From the NCBI RefSeq assembly GCF_021028975.2, contig NC_059437.1, positions 38,006,001 to 38,070,000 on the forward strand: a DNA stretch of 64,000 nt, in the 5' to 3' direction. Positions 1 to 12,962 of this stretch are shown piece by piece. Below the pieces are notes generated by a model. The model ran no database searches. It had not been told where the DNA came from and saw nothing but the letters and a program-made list of their open reading frames with translations. The position numbers and the translations under genes were made by a program. Each line of letters starts with the position of its first letter. Positions within the stretch are counted from its first letter, which is position 1. The DNA comes from Sphaerodactylus townsendi. Lineage: Eukaryota.

Positions 1-171
1 CACAGGTTTCACCATCTGCAATAATCCAATCTATCTTACTTAATGCTCAGTTACTTATGGATACTGATCTTAACTAGCCCTTCCAGGCAACACTCTCCCC
101 ATCCTCTGTCTATATGTAATGGTTGGTGTCTTCTGTTTCAGTGTATCTGAAGAAGTGTGCGTGGACATGAA

Positions 172-460
172 AGAAGAAGAAGAGTTTGGATTTACCCTTC
201 ACCTTTCTCTCCTGTAAGGAGACTCAAGGTGGCTTACAAGCGCCTTTCCCTTCCTCTCCCCACAACAGACACCTTGTGAGGTTGGTGGGCTGAGAGAGTT
301 CCGAAGAACTGTGACTAGCCCAAGGTCACCCAGCATGAATGTAGAAGTGCAGAAACACATCTGGTTCACCAGAGAAGCCTCTGCCACTCAGGTGGAGGAG
401 TGGGGAATCAAACCCAGTTCTCCAGATTAGAATGCACCTGCTCTTAACCACTACACCATG
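172..460 (-). mobile_element. tRNA-derived SINE (Squam/CORE-like), ~290 bp
   Basis: Pol III A-box GGTGTAGTGG and B-box GGTTTGATTCC on the minus strand, (CTT)n tail; more than 12 similar copies in the window. Confidence 0.85.
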
Positions 461-705
461 CTTACATCCAAAATAACACTTAACAACAAAAATAACACTT
501 TGTTGGTCTTAAAGGTGCCAGTGGACTGAAACTTTTCCCCTCAATAACAATTCAGCCACTTTCCACAGTGATCAACTGAATTAGCATACCTTCCCTTCCT
601 TCAAGAAAAACAAATCTAGTGCTCACGTTGATCTTGTGGGCAACCACAAAATCCGAACAGTGAATGTTAATGCTGACCTGCAACCCGCCCCCATTCAAAG
701 CTTAC

Positions 706-814
706 CCAGCACTGATTGCCGTGGTCATCTCGGTTGCTGCAGTCACCTTTGCTTTGACTGTCATGACATTGAGGTTCATCAAATAGTAGAAGGTCAAGTG
801 GAGCACGCTGCCGT
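706..814 (-). CDS. THOC5: THOC5 exon ([23 protein letters not shown]...ISA)
   Basis: 109 nt, gcag/gtaagc. Confidence 0.95.
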
Positions 815-3800
815 CTGCAACAACATGGCCAAGAAGGGAAGAGATTTCAGAAGGGAAATTGAATTTATCAGGTTGGGGAGGGGGATGGTATAGCATTACA
901 CCTTCGGGAATTCCAATGTTTTGGGGAGCTCTGTCTGCTTCTTCTCCTTGAATCGCTGGCAGCAAGTAAGAACTGGGTGATGTTTGCTGAACTGTTTTGA
1001 TCACATCATAATACCATCAGTGTCCAAAGAATCCATCTGGATTACATAGCCAAAGACTGTGCCCTCAAAATGTAAAATAGTAAGGGCCATAGGGGGCTTC
1101 CGGTGACAAACAGGGAATTACACTCCTTGGTAGCTAACCAATCCTTTCCCCACTAGTTACTAGTTAGATAAGACTGTCACACAAATCCCAATCCTTGTTT
1201 CCTCACACTATCGCATTTTTTTGGAATCCTTGCACAGTTTGATCTGCTTTGAGCAAAGATTGCGGCTTGATTTGCAACTTTCCATGAGCTACGGGTAGGT
1301 TCCCCTTTGTTATGTTTTGTGCCATGTGCAAGTCATAAAAACCCAAGTGACCAGGAATCCATTTACCTGGCACTCTCATACCTTTGCATTTCAGGTCAAT
1401 CGTGACAGACAGAGGGTGCCTCTTTAGCATCTCCTTGCGCTTATCATCCAGCTGAACCCCCAGCGTTGAGCGACGACGTTTCTATGATGGGAAAGGCAAA
1501 GTCAAAGGATATGCGGCCATTCTTCTGCAGACCCCCTCCAAACTGGCACTGGTTAAATGGCGTACCCTGTTAAGTCACTGCCCGCCTTGTCCATATCCCT
1601 TCAAAAGCAGGTGTAATTTGTGGCAAACGGGGCAATAAACTATCAAACCATACCTCAACTTCCCCTAGAAACTGCTACCCTGTTTTCCTGAAAATAAGCC
1701 CTACTCCAAAAATAAGCCCTAGCATGATTTTTCGGGATTTTTGGAGGACGCTTGAAATATAAGCCCTACTCCAAAAATAAGCCCTAGTTACAGATTTCCC
1801 GATGCAGCTGATCTGGTCACATGGGGGGGGGGGCGCAAAATCACGGGGGAAAAAAATAAGACATCCCCTGAAAATAAGCTCTAACACATCTTTTGGAGCA
1901 AAGATTAATATAAGACCCTGTCTTATTTTCGGGGAAACATGGGTACTTCAGCTCCTGGCCTGAATCTGCCACATACCAAAGACTTAAGGGCAATTCAAAC
2001 ATCTAGATATGGCAGCTACTTTTACCAACCCTCTAGACTCTCCAATATACTACTCCCAAGATTCAATGACATCCCAAGAAACAAAATGGTGTGTGGGGTG
2101 TGTGGGAATCAGCAGAAATTATTGTCACTTTTTAAAGTCTTTCTAAGGACCCTTAAATCTTTGGAACTTCGTTACTGCATTTTGCCCCTGTTGTGAAACT
2201 AATCCCCTGCCATATGGGTAGAAAAACAGTATGGGGATAAGTCAAAAAGGGAAGATAAAGCAAAGGAACTTTCAGAAGTTATCTGTTTACGAGTGCTTTT
2301 TAACCTCTCGCCTCCCTTTTCACCCACCCCACAGCTACTGAGCTGTTATGCTTGACCTGATCTTGTTATATGTGCAAGTTAAGATTTTTTGTTTTGTTTT
2401 TAAATGGATTTTACTCTACAGGTTTCCTGGTTGACTGGACACTGCCTTGGATTCCATGTTGGCAGAAAAGTAGTGTAGACATTTACAAAATAAATAAAGA
2501 GGTATCAGTACATGAAGGAAAAAATCCTTTGCTTCTGCTTTTATAGATTGTAATGGGATACATTTCACCCAAAAACATGGGCATGTGTTTTGCCATAAGC
2601 AGAAAAAAAACTACTGACTCGCACCTCAACCACCCTTCCTCCTCCTCCCATTGCTTTCCATCCTAATACATAATGGCAACATAAGCGTCTTACCGTGGTT
2701 TGCTCCTCCTCAGCATCTGAATCGCTCTCATCATCTGTGAATCAAAATCAATACACATAAGAAATGAATGTAGCCTTAATATCCAAAGCAGAGAGGCTGG
2801 CTGCTGGTCATAGGACTTCCACAAATCCATGCACAGACAATCCCTATTTTACAACACATCTGCTGTTACAAATTAGGTTTAGTGTTCTTCAGGATCTCAC
2901 ACTAAGGCCCCTTCCGGACATGCAGAATAACGCACTTTCAATCCACTTTCACAATTGTCTGCAAGTGGATTTGGCTACTCTGCACTGTAAAATCCAGCTG
3001 CAAAGTGCATTGAAAGTGCATTATTCTGCATGTCCGGAAGGGGCTGTGACTCAACCCTAAGAAATTTCCCTTCTCTGTTTGTAGTCTCTCTACTGGGAGG
3101 TGACTTCCAAGTGAGTGGCTAAGTTAATTTGCAGTGGCAACATAAAACAGAAGTGCAGTGGCACCATAAAGACTACAAACATTTATTCTGTGTGCTCAGT
3201 TTGGCTTAAGCTGGAGTAAATGTTGTTAGTTTCTAACATGCCGCAGGAGTAGAACTTTATTTTGATATGTACCCCTCCAGTCTCAAGCTCTCAGTGGTGT
3301 CCTGGAGGAGGGGGGGCTCTAACTTATTTTAACTAACGGTGCCAAATAACATCTAGCCTATCAATCTGGCCTTCAACATAAACCCACAACGTTTAAGGCA
3401 AGAAATGAATTCAAAGAGAGCGACAGCATAAAATGACCTGGGTGTAAAACCTCAAACAGCTCAAATTGAAATACTTAAAAGGCCCTGGAAAAAAACAGAC
3501 ATGTTTTTGCTGCTTGGCAGAATGCCTGAAGAAATTAGGCCAAATGAGCCTTTAGAGGCAAAGCATCCCAGTACTCTAGGACAACTAGAGAGGTAGCCAG
3601 CCCATCCTTCCCGCAAGACAGAGCCTTTGGCAGGGCCTCTCCAGTGCACAGGAGAAAGGGCGTGATCTGCATGAGACAGGCACTCTAAGACATAGGTGTC
3701 AAACTCGTGGCCCTCCAGATGTTATGGACTACCGTTCCCATCATCCCCTGCCAGCATCATGCTGGCAGGGGATGATGGGAACGGTAGTCCATAACATCCG

Positions 3801-6800
3801 GAGGGTCGCGAGTTTGACTCCTGTGCTCTAAGACAATAAGCTCTGGAACTTGCCTGGAGAAGCATCTGGCAGGCAGTGCAGAACTGTTTGCATTGTTCTA
3901 ATTCCATCCTTTCTGTCCTTATATGTTTTCAGCTTGCTCTTTTAAAATTCACAATTTGCCTTTTATAAGCTTTTGCTCTTTGAAGATCAAAGTGTGCCTT
4001 CCACCCTCAGCCTACCTGCGCTACGCTGTGATTATGCGTACCAACTTGTTTGTCTTGGAATACTGAAGGCTTTCAACTTGCTTTTTTGAAAACAATAAAA
4101 GTACTGAAGAGCCACGTTCAGCAGCCTTTAATAACTAGAAAGTTTTACACAGAACAATCCTATGCAGAGTTACCCCGGCCTAAGTCCATTGAAATGAGTG
4201 GGCTTAGACTGGAGTAACTCTCCTTAGGACAGCACTGTTAAGTCTTTTTCTCCACGCAAAAGGACAGTGATGTTAAGGGGTGACTCCTTCTGTGGCTGCC
4301 CTACTAGTTGTGCAGCTGCTGGAGGCACCAGCGCTCGGTGAGCAATAGTGAGCCCTCCTCAAAAAAGCCCGTTTGTGTATTCAGCAAGAGAAAGGGAAGC
4401 CACCACTTCTCTGAGTTGTGCTTCGCTACTGCAGCATCCCTCCACACCTGCAGCTTTTAAAAGGAAGGACAGAAGGCTTCACAAGGTCCGTAGTTCGCTC
4501 ACTTCTGGTGTACTTTGGTTGAGAGACAGCTGTCCCAGATACTGCACGGCTCAGGTTCCCAAGGTGATGGCGACTAGTCTTGGGATCCTACACGCGCAAA
4601 GGACGTTATCTACTATCGAGTCACTGGCAGCAAGCAGAAGGACATGACCAACGTCCTCAGGGCCTCACCTTGAGAGTCCTCTGGGGGTTTGCAGAGTGCT
4701 TTGGCTTCTTCCACGTTTCCTTCTATAGCAACAGCCAGCTTCTTATCTGTGGAAGAAACCATTAAGCACAACACCCTCAGCATTAAGAGTCATTTCTGGG
4801 TTGTTTAGCAGCGCATGCTTACCTTCTAAGGAAAGGAATGGCTTTATAAAAATCCACACTGAAACTTAGCCAGTCCAGTGATGTCAGAATGTTGCTCCCA
4901 CACCTTCTCTAGCCTGAAGCAGAACTGATCCTTTCCTAAGGTGATGCCTGAGAACACTTCGTCGGAGCTACCAATGTGGTGCCCTTCACAATGAAAGCAA
5001 TATCTTTTTACTACTAAGCCAAAAAACAGCACGACCACAGCTTGCCAGAGACTCAGGTGCAAGAAGACAGCTCAGCTGCTGCTACTGTAGCGTCTTTGAC
5101 AAGCCCAAGTCTCTTGGGTTGTAAAGGAAGAAGAGTTGGATTTATAGAAGCACTAACCGAGAATGAGAATCATAGAGGCTAACTGGGCAAGTGTAACATG
5201 CCCTCTGTACACGTCGAGACACAGCCCTCCCAAACTCCTATGCAACTACAGATAAAAAGCAATTTGACTAATGCATAACATTAATACAGTCCAGGATTCT
5301 GTATAGCCTACACTGGAGCAAGTCCACGGCTCTACCTCTGTGCACTGTGGTTCAAACTAAACAGTCTGGGAACTTGCTGAAAGAATTCCCGGGGGTTCCC
5401 ATCATGCCGGAAGATCTAACTCTACAAAGTTAGTCACATAGTGGAGGAGATCTCAACACCTTGCACTTTCCTAACATATGCACACCTGTTTGTGGAGAAG
5501 ATTGTATTTCTAAAAACGATGGAATGAAATGTGTGGTGTTTTTTTAAAGTAGCACTTAGGTAAGAGAAAAGGGAACCAAAGATACTCACCCCTGCCCTAG
5601 AGTGAGGAGGGGTTTTACGCATGTGAAGGAAATAAGACAGTAGGCCAGAAATGAGAGGGAAGAATACAGAGGGCAGACCAGGAAAGAAAGCAAAAGAAAA
5701 GAAGCAGAAACACATTGTGGTGTGTGTTGAAAGAGGAAGACATCCACAGCAGTTATTTGCAGGATTGTGTGTAGCTGTAGTTCTTTGGCAGTGCAGAAAA
5801 GCCAGAAGGTGGTACCGAACAAGAATCATCGTGTTCGGTTTTTTAACACAAAACTAACCTCCCCAAACCACTCTCACAATTTTCTATCTCTCATAACCTC
5901 AGTGGCCAAGTAGTAAAAGAAGAGTTGGATTTATATGCCCCCTTTCTCTCCTGTAAGGAGACTCCCAAAGGGGCTTACAATCTCCTTTCCCTTCCCCCCT
6001 CACAACAAACACCCTGTGAGGTGGTTGGGGCTGAGAGAGCTCCAAAGAACTGTGACTAGCCCAAGGTCACCCAGCTGGCATGTGTTGGAGTGCACAGGCT
6101 AATCTAGTTCCCCAGATAAGCCTCCACAGCTCAAGTGGAAGAGCGGGGAATCAAACCCGGTTCTCCAGATTAGAGTGCACCTGCTCTTAACCACTACACC
6201 ACTGCTGTACAGGAGTTCACAGTGCTTATCTGGCTCCTTTCCACCCCCACCAGTCAGAAGCGGAATACAATACTGAAAAGAAGAGGAACACATGCAAATG
6301 CGCTCTTTGCAAAGAAAAACAATTTTTCAAAGACACGGAGGGAACTGACAGGTCTTTCAAGCTCCAACCTCCGAACGAAGGAGGTTCTCAAATACAGCTG
6401 TCTCATCAGGCGGCTCCACTGCAATACCCCACAGACTCTGCGGATTTTGGAAGCACGCTACACAGCCTTTGGCTGATCAGATTTTTAAAAACACCCCCCC
6501 CCAACCCTTCCTCCCACCAAACAGCCTTAGAATAAGAATAGACAAGCTGTATTTTCTGCAAGCACCTGTGAAATCCAAACCTGCAGGGGACAGAAAGGCA
6601 ACGTGCCCCCACCAGTTTAAAAGACTCACCACAGGCCTGGCCGTAGGCACTGGCTTGGACAAAGAGGACATAGAGAGGCGGTGGCAGGTGCCTGGCCGTC
6701 TCGTACTGCTTGTGCACCTGGTCAAAAGGCATGGAGAGGTACTCTTGGACAGGGAGAGAAGCCTGGCGGGAAAAGAGGTCAGATGCAAAAGTATGTCATG

Positions 6801-9800
6801 GTTTGTGCTAAAAAATCTGGCTGACACAATCTGATCAGGAACATTTTTCTGTGCCGCTGGTGTATTAATGTTGATTTGTTTTAGAAGAAGAAGAAGAGTT
6901 TGGATTTATACCCCCCACCACCCTTTCTCTCCTTTAAGAAGACTCAAAGGGGCTTACAATCTCCTTTCCCTTCCCCAGCCTCCACCTAACACTTTGTAGA
7001 GGTGGGTGGAGAGCTTCGAGAGAGTCTCCGTGGAGGCTGCCGTGACTCCAGCCCAAGGTCACCCAGCCGGCAACTGTTGGAGTGCACAGGCTAATCTAGT
7101 TCCCCAGATAAGCCTCCACAGCTCAGGTGGCAAAGCGGGGAATCAAACCCGGTTCTCCAGATTAGAGTGCACTTGCTGTTAACCACCACACCACTGCTTC
7201 TCCTTATGTATCTCTATCTTATAAATTTCTTATCCATCTTATGTATTTCTACGGTCAGAAAAAAAAAATCCTGAAAGGAAGATAACTTTTTTTAAAAAAT
7301 AACCTTGATTAAAGCTACCCAAACTGGGAATCACCACTTGTACCTTATCCAAAATTAATTAGGCCCCCACGCCTCTTTAAAAAAGAAAACTCAATCAGGC
7401 TTGCAATCTACCTGCATGATGCTATTGAGCCGAGGCTGCAGGTTGCTCAGGTATTCCTTCTTCACTTCTATCTCTTTCAGAATCGTCTCTTTGTTGGCTA
7501 GACATTCTTTATACTTCTCCGCCAACCTGCCAAGGAAGGTCCACAGTTAGCGACAGGGAGTGACAAACAGCAGAGAAGTTGCTTCAGAAGAGGGAAGAAA
7601 AAAACACAAACTCCAACGTCTCTCTCCTATGAATTTAAGCCTCAGGCCATTTCCAGAGTAATTCAAGCGACTATCCCAGGGAAAGCTAGAATTGGAATGT
7701 CTCTGCCAATCAGTGAGGAAGCAACCAGTGGTAGTAAAGGAAGAGCCAGCCCTGATCTCCTTGCTACATATAGCTTCACCAAGCTGCAAGCTATAAAAAT
7801 TATGTATTGTCAAAGGCTTTCACGGCCGGAATCACTGGGCTGCTGTGTGGTTTCCGGGCTGCATGGCCGTGTTCTAGCAGCATTCTCTCCTGACTTTTCG
7901 CCTGCATCTGTGGCTGGCATCTTCAGAGGATCCTGACGGCCATGCAGCACGGCCATGCAGCCCGGAAACCATACAGCACCCCTATAAAAATTATCTTGGC
8001 GAAAAATAAGCATGAAATTCCCAATATTAACTCACAAGCAATGTTTAACATCTCCAGGGAGCACTTAAAATTATTTCATATATCACATTGGGACTATTTG
8101 AAACAAGCAGTCTTATTATTCCATTTACATAGAAGCATCAGCACATGTGGAACTTTACTGCATCTGAGACTAGTTTCTGCCTTAAGGATCTGACAGTCGA
8201 ACGTTTCATACGAGAGACACAAAGGAGGGGAGAGGGACGGAGGCAAGGTGAACATGAATAAATTACGTTACATGTGGTTGAGCTTACTTATGGAAGGGAA
8301 ATCAAGGATTTGTAACAAAGGCTTCATCATTGTACTGCAAATTGGGGCAAGGAGGCAGAGCTAAGAATACTGGCATACCCAAGGCCACCTTAGTGGCAGA
8401 TCTGAACAAGAAGGGCTGAACGTGCATCCTCACCGTTTGCGCTGCTCCAGCTCCCAATCAAGACGGGAAAGAGTCTGTTGGTGAAGGTCACTCGTCGTGA
8501 TCTCTGGCTTGCTGATTTCTGCAGGGGCTTCTTCGTAGAACTCCTTGACGCTCACCAACTCAATTTCCTCATGTTTGGATCTAAAGGAAGAAACCAAAAG
8601 CTGCTTATGTAGCTCAGGGGCAATGCCTTGCCTTGGCCCAGCTGCTAGTATTTATTAGGAGGACCATAGGATTCAACGGCTACAGGTTGGCGATGGAAGA
8701 CCCCAAAGCGGTACATTTAAACAGGGATTCCACATATTTCAACCTTCTAAGAGGATACATGGGACCAGCAGGAGATTCACCAAGCTGGCTAAGAGAACAG
8801 CGGCTGGGCGAGTGGGGGGAGGGCAGGACCTAGGAAATCATATTGTCAGAATCCTGTTTTCTCTGTTCATGGGGGGAAACATTTCTGGTTTGTGAGGAAG
8901 GGTCCATCATAATAATATGCATTTTGCGAGGGGCTTTTCTGAAAGATGCAAAGGGGTAGCCATGTCAATTTGCTATAGCAAAATAAGATAAAAGCCTAAC
9001 AACACTGATATCCTAAATCAGGGGTAGGGAACCTGCGGCTCTCCAGATGTTCAGGAACTACAATTCCCATCAGCCCCTACCAGCATGGCCAATTGGCCAT
9101 GCTGACAGAGGCTGATGGGAATTGTAGTTCCTGAACATCTGGAGAGCCGCAGGTTCCCTACCCCTGTCCTAAATTAAAAAAAACAGTATGAGCTTTTGTG
9201 AATCACCGATCCCTTCTTCAGATACCCAAAAAAGTGGGGTGTGACTTGCAAGAGCTTATGTTGAATTTTTTTTTTTTATGATATCAATGTTGTTAGGCAT
9301 TAAGGTGTTACTGGACTTAAGTCTTTTTCTTACAAAAGCCCTTCAGTGAACTCACACATTCTTCTCCTCCGCAAAGCAGAAGACTCCCCCTTCTCACACT
9401 ACTGAAGCTGCCCAAACTTCAGCATTTCCACCCTCAAACCACATTCCTTTGCTACACTAACTTAAACTCCAGGCATTTTGTGATCTCCTTCTGCAGGTGC
9501 ATGACTTCATACAGCAGATTCTGGAGTTGCAAGTGATACGCGTCCACTTTCTGTTTGGCCTGCAACACAATACGGAATAGAAGCATTAAGATTCAGGTTA
9601 GCTTAAAAAAGAGAGAGAGATTTCAAAGCCAAAATGCACTCAAGGGATGAGACCTTAAAAGACAAACTGGTGTGAATTATTCTGCACAGGCCTAAATGAA
9701 GGCACAGAAGATCTGCACTCGCTGGTCATACAAAAACGTGGAATTTCCTGTTGTCATGTGACTAAAAGCAGTCATTAAAAACAAAGAAGTAATGAGCTCC

Positions 9801-12373
9801 AAAAACAGCAGAGTCACAAAGATCTCGCAGTTGTTGTAATGAGGGATGAGACCTTAAAAGACAAACTGGTGTGAATTATTCTGCACAGGCCTAAATGAAG
9901 GCACAGAAGATCTGCACTCGCTGGTCATACAAAAACGTGGAATTTCCTGTTGTCATGTGACTAAAAGCAGTCATTAAAAACAAAGAAGTAATGAGCTCCA
10001 AAAACAGCAGAGTCACAAAGATCTCGCAGTTGTTGTAATTCTATATTAATCAGTTGGAAAGAACTGTTGTTCATTTTCATCCTCATATGCCTGGATTCAA
10101 ATGTGCATACATTAGAGCGGGTGGATCTAGAAATCACCCTTTCCGGTCTGTGCACTATACCACCATTAGAATTCAAACCACCCTTCCTGGATCTCTGCCT
10201 TCAACCTTACCTCATGAGTCTGGTCCCTTCCCTTCTTTAGGCGAATGTGAGCTAAACGATTGAGTTTCTTCAGAGTCATGAAGTGCACGCAGCTCTGAAT
10301 GCGACGTTCCTCTATCTCAGCAGCCTGAACAGCAGAGAGGACAGTTAAGCTGATGTGCATCTAAATCTTCCTCCTGCTCAGCAATCTCTTCTCTTTCAAG
10401 CATCCCTCAGATCTGCCAGGGGTTTCCTACCATCCATACCCACTCTCTCCCCCTGCGCATGTCTTACGCTGTCTTTGCTGCCTTTGCTTTTCAGTTCCTG
10501 GATCTCTGCCATAAGCTTCTGAAGGTCCTGGCAGGTCTGTTTGTACTGGTCGTAATCTTTACTGGGGTCTCGCAGATCAACTTCTGCCTCTTCACTGTAG
10601 TATCTGGCATCCTGGAAACAGAACAAAGATGAAGGCACTTATTTTTTAATTCACTCTCTGCAGTTTACAATACCAAAAATGAAAAACAAACAAAATGCAG
10701 CCAAATCCCATTTACCACCCCTATGAAAAAATGCCTGCAACTTTAGGGATAGATCCCACAAGCAAGCACTGAGTCATTACTGACCCATGGGGTGATGTCA
10801 CATCATGACATTTACTATGTTTTTGGGGTGGTGGATCACTGACTTCCTTAGACGTCTACACTTTACCTCCAGCAAGCTGGGTATTCATTTTACCAACCTT
10901 GAAAGTACGGAAGACTGAGTCAATGCTGAGCCAGCTACCTGAAACTGACACCTGGCAGGATCAAACTCAGCTTGTGAGCAGAGCTTTGACTGCAGCTTGC
11001 CCCTCTGCCACATGGATCTCTGCCTGCAGCTTTAAGCCCATTAAAAGCCCTCCTGAATAAGATGATCTAACACAGCCTCATAAAACCCTTAAAGATGGTA
11101 GCCCCAGTTCCTCTGAAAGACCTTTCCATAAGGTGAGAGCCATTACCAAAGTGGAAAAGGCAAACAACTGAGTGGCAAACAACACCAAAGTGGAAAAGGC
11201 AAACAACATTCGACACAATAGAAAGGGGTCTAGCTAAAAGCTGGTGCTGTGTATACCACCCACAGTGCTAGAATTCAGTAAACCAGCTTTATTCTATATC
11301 TAGATCTCAAACAGTAAATGCATATGATATATTTTATGAGACATATTCTACAAGGGGCGGTCAAACTATTTCCAGTGTGTTTCCAAGACTGCTTTTAGCC
11401 CTACTGTGCTGAATGGTCAAACTTCCATGTAGCTCAACAGCAGGGGTCCCCAAACTACGGCCCGGGGGCCAAATGTGGCCCCCTGAAGGCATTTATCCGG
11501 CCTGCCAGGCATGGCAGTGATGGCTCCATTCATGTGCAGTGGGGGCTCGAGGGAGAGGAGGAACTGGCCCCAACGGCCGTTGATTGCAGTTACATGATGG
11601 CTACCCCAAATCTCCACATGCCCATTTTCCTGACCCAGAGTTGGAAACCACTTACATGTGTAGCAACGCCTGCTCCCTTCCCTCCTACGGCTACTCCATG
11701 TGTTGCTTCCTTTGCAGGCTTTCTGTTCCACCTCCACTCCCATTGACATCAGCCAGGCTGGCGAATCATTTCAGCTTTTGGCTGCTAGGGAAGAAAGAAC
11801 CCAGGAAGATACCTGAGCCTGGGTTAGATGGAATGCGTCATTAGGGAAGTTCTGTGGTTGTTTTTTACAGGGGAAGGTATTCCACAGCCTCCCCAACAAT
11901 ATTTGGAGCCCACCCTGTACTTGACATACTTTGGTCACTGTTCTAAAAATAGACCATGACAGAAAGGCTGAAAGGTGACATCAAACATTTTACAATCATT
12001 TGTGCATAGGAATTTGTTCATAGTTTTTTTTAGTCCGGCCCTCCAACAGTCTGAGGGACAGTGAACTGGCCCCCTGTTTTAAAAGTTTGGGGACCCCTGC
12101 TCAACAGCGACCAAACTAACCTGCTTAGTACTCTAAACCCTACTGCTATGATAGAGTTGCCCTGTATGCTGAAGACTGCATTTTAGACACAGGCAAATTC
12201 TCTGCTTTCCAGCAACCTTTATAAAGAACATCTAACTAACTGTATGCTTCATCAGCATTCTGGCACTGAGAAGGTACCTGGTCAGCATCTGGCCTGCTTC
12301 TCTTGCCCTCCTGTGGTCCTCCATCTGTGCGGATAACCTTGGGCTTCCGTTTCTTGCTGGAGTCAGATGACAT
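706..12373 (-). CDS. THOC5: THO complex subunit 5 (partial; coding exons 2-12, gene continues off the left edge)
   Basis: Spliced exons 12278-12373, 10468-10611, 10211-10324, 9462-9559, 8434-8580, 7412-7526, 6630-6762, 4669-4746, 2694-2734, 1382-1481, 706-814. All are GT/AG bounded with compatible phases and translate to [18 protein letters not shown]...[13 protein letters not shown]...[51 protein letters not shown]..., matching vertebrate THOC5 as recalled. Confidence 0.97.
1382..1481 (-). CDS. THOC5: THOC5 exon ([33 protein letters not shown])
   Basis: 100 nt, catag/gtatga. Confidence 0.95.
1678..1943. mobile_element. Tc1/mariner-superfamily (Tc2/pogo-like) MITE
   Basis: TA TSD, TIR cc(g)tgtttccccgaaaataag, internal aaaataagccct subrepeats. 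Confidence 0.75.
2694..2734 (-). CDS. THOC5: THOC5 exon ([13 protein letters not shown])
   Basis: 41 nt, cacag/gtaaga. Confidence 0.93.
2906..3045. mobile_element. PIF/Harbinger-like MITE (copies at 15476-15626, 32943-33090, partial 30605-30651)
   Basis: ~37-bp TIR ggccccttccgcacatgcagaataatgcactttcaat, TAA/TTA flanks. Confidence 0.7.
3691..3825. mobile_element. Palindromic hAT MITE variant
   Basis: TIR cataggtgtcaaact/agtttgactcctgtg, TSD ctctaaga. Confidence 0.85.
4669..4746 (-). CDS. THOC5: THOC5 exon ([25 protein letters not shown])
   Basis: 78 nt, acag/gtgagg. Confidence 0.93.
5918..6206 (-). mobile_element. tRNA-derived SINE, subfamily 2
   Basis: Same head and tail, different middle (ggggaactagattagcctgtgcac). 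Confidence 0.85.
6630..6762 (-). CDS. THOC5: THOC5 exon ([15 protein letters not shown]...AYGQAC)
   Basis: 133 nt, ccag/gtgagt. Confidence 0.95.
6883..7197 (-). mobile_element. tRNA-derived SINE, subfamily 2
   Basis: Similar to 5918-6206. Confidence 0.85.
7412..7526 (-). CDS. THOC5: THOC5 exon ([13 protein letters not shown]...PRLNSIMQ)
   Basis: 115 nt, gcag/gtagat. Confidence 0.95.
7804..7981 (-). mobile_element. Penelope-like element terminal fragment with hammerhead motif and inverted arm
   Basis: Minus-strand CTGAAGA-TGCC..GGC-GAAA; 13-bp TSD ctataaaaattat. Confidence 0.75.
8434..8580 (-). CDS. THOC5: THOC5 exon ([10 protein letters not shown]...[10 protein letters not shown])
   Basis: 147 nt, tttag/gtgagg. 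Confidence 0.95.
9019..9166. mobile_element. 148-bp palindromic hAT MITE
   Basis: Near-perfect hairpin with CAGGGGTAGGGAACC ends and 8-bp TSD tcctaaat. Confidence 0.9.
9462..9559 (-). CDS. THOC5: THOC5 exon ([32 protein letters not shown])
   Basis: 98 nt, gcag/gttagt. Confidence 0.95.
9643..10039. repeat. Perfect 198-bp tandem duplication
   Basis: 9643-9840 appears identical to 9842-10039. Confidence 0.9.
10211..10324 (-). CDS. THOC5: THOC5 exon ([15 protein letters not shown]...DQTHE)
   Basis: 114 nt, ttcag/gtaagg. Confidence 0.95.
10468..10611 (-). CDS. THOC5: THOC5 exon ([16 protein letters not shown]...KGSKDS)
   Basis: 144 nt, ttccag/gtaaga boundaries. Confidence 0.95.
10760..11020 (-). 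mobile_element. Sauria SINE, diverged
   Basis: gctgggtattcattttaccaaccttgaaag...ctgagtcaa...gagccagctacc resembles the recalled Sauria SINE body. Confidence 0.65.
11441..12099 (+). mobile_element. Non-autonomous hAT element with OC1 (OposCharlie1)-like ends
   Basis: TIR CAGGGGTCCCCAAACT / AGTTTGGGGACCCCTG, 8-bp TSD ctcaacag. Confidence 0.8.
12278..12373 (-). CDS. THOC5: THOC5 first coding exon ([32 protein letters not shown])
   Basis: ATG at 12373-12371; acceptor ctgcag upstream (exon starts 12390); CAG|gtac donor; 96 nt. Confidence 0.95.
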
Positions 12374-12962
12374 TTTTTCCTTTTCAGAATCTGCAGGTGA
12401 GAGAGAAAAAATCCTAAGGATTTAATAATTATTTTATGGATAGAATGTGTATCTGGTTATTTGGAGGGGAGGAACTATTCTCTACTAATCACTATCACAA
12501 AAATCTTCTACCTTTGGCTCAATTAAGTCACCACTGGCTTAATTGAGTTACTATTGGTTTCAAGTTCCTCCTTTGTTGCTGGAATCCAAAGCCAACTGAA
12601 TATTCACTTGCCAGAACAAACATACAAAAGTGAAGCCAACAGGACACAAGTAAATTCAATATAAAGTAGGAATTTCCATCCATTTCTTGGTGCCATCAGC
12701 TATTCCTAAGGTGCCACCTCTCAGTCTAAACTACTACTCCCTCTAGCAGTGCTTAATTCCTAAAGCAAGAGGAATGAAGGCTCCTGTGAAAAATAACCTC
12801 TAGAAGCCTATCCCCTATTGTTTGGGACAAGAGACCTAAATAGTGATTGAAGAAGACTTGGCAGTGCAAACTGGAGCTAGAGTTTGGCAGGTTTCAGCTC
12901 ATGCCATGTCTCTCTGTAGTTTCTCTCAATCATTCTACATAGGTTGCCAACTCCAGGCTAGA

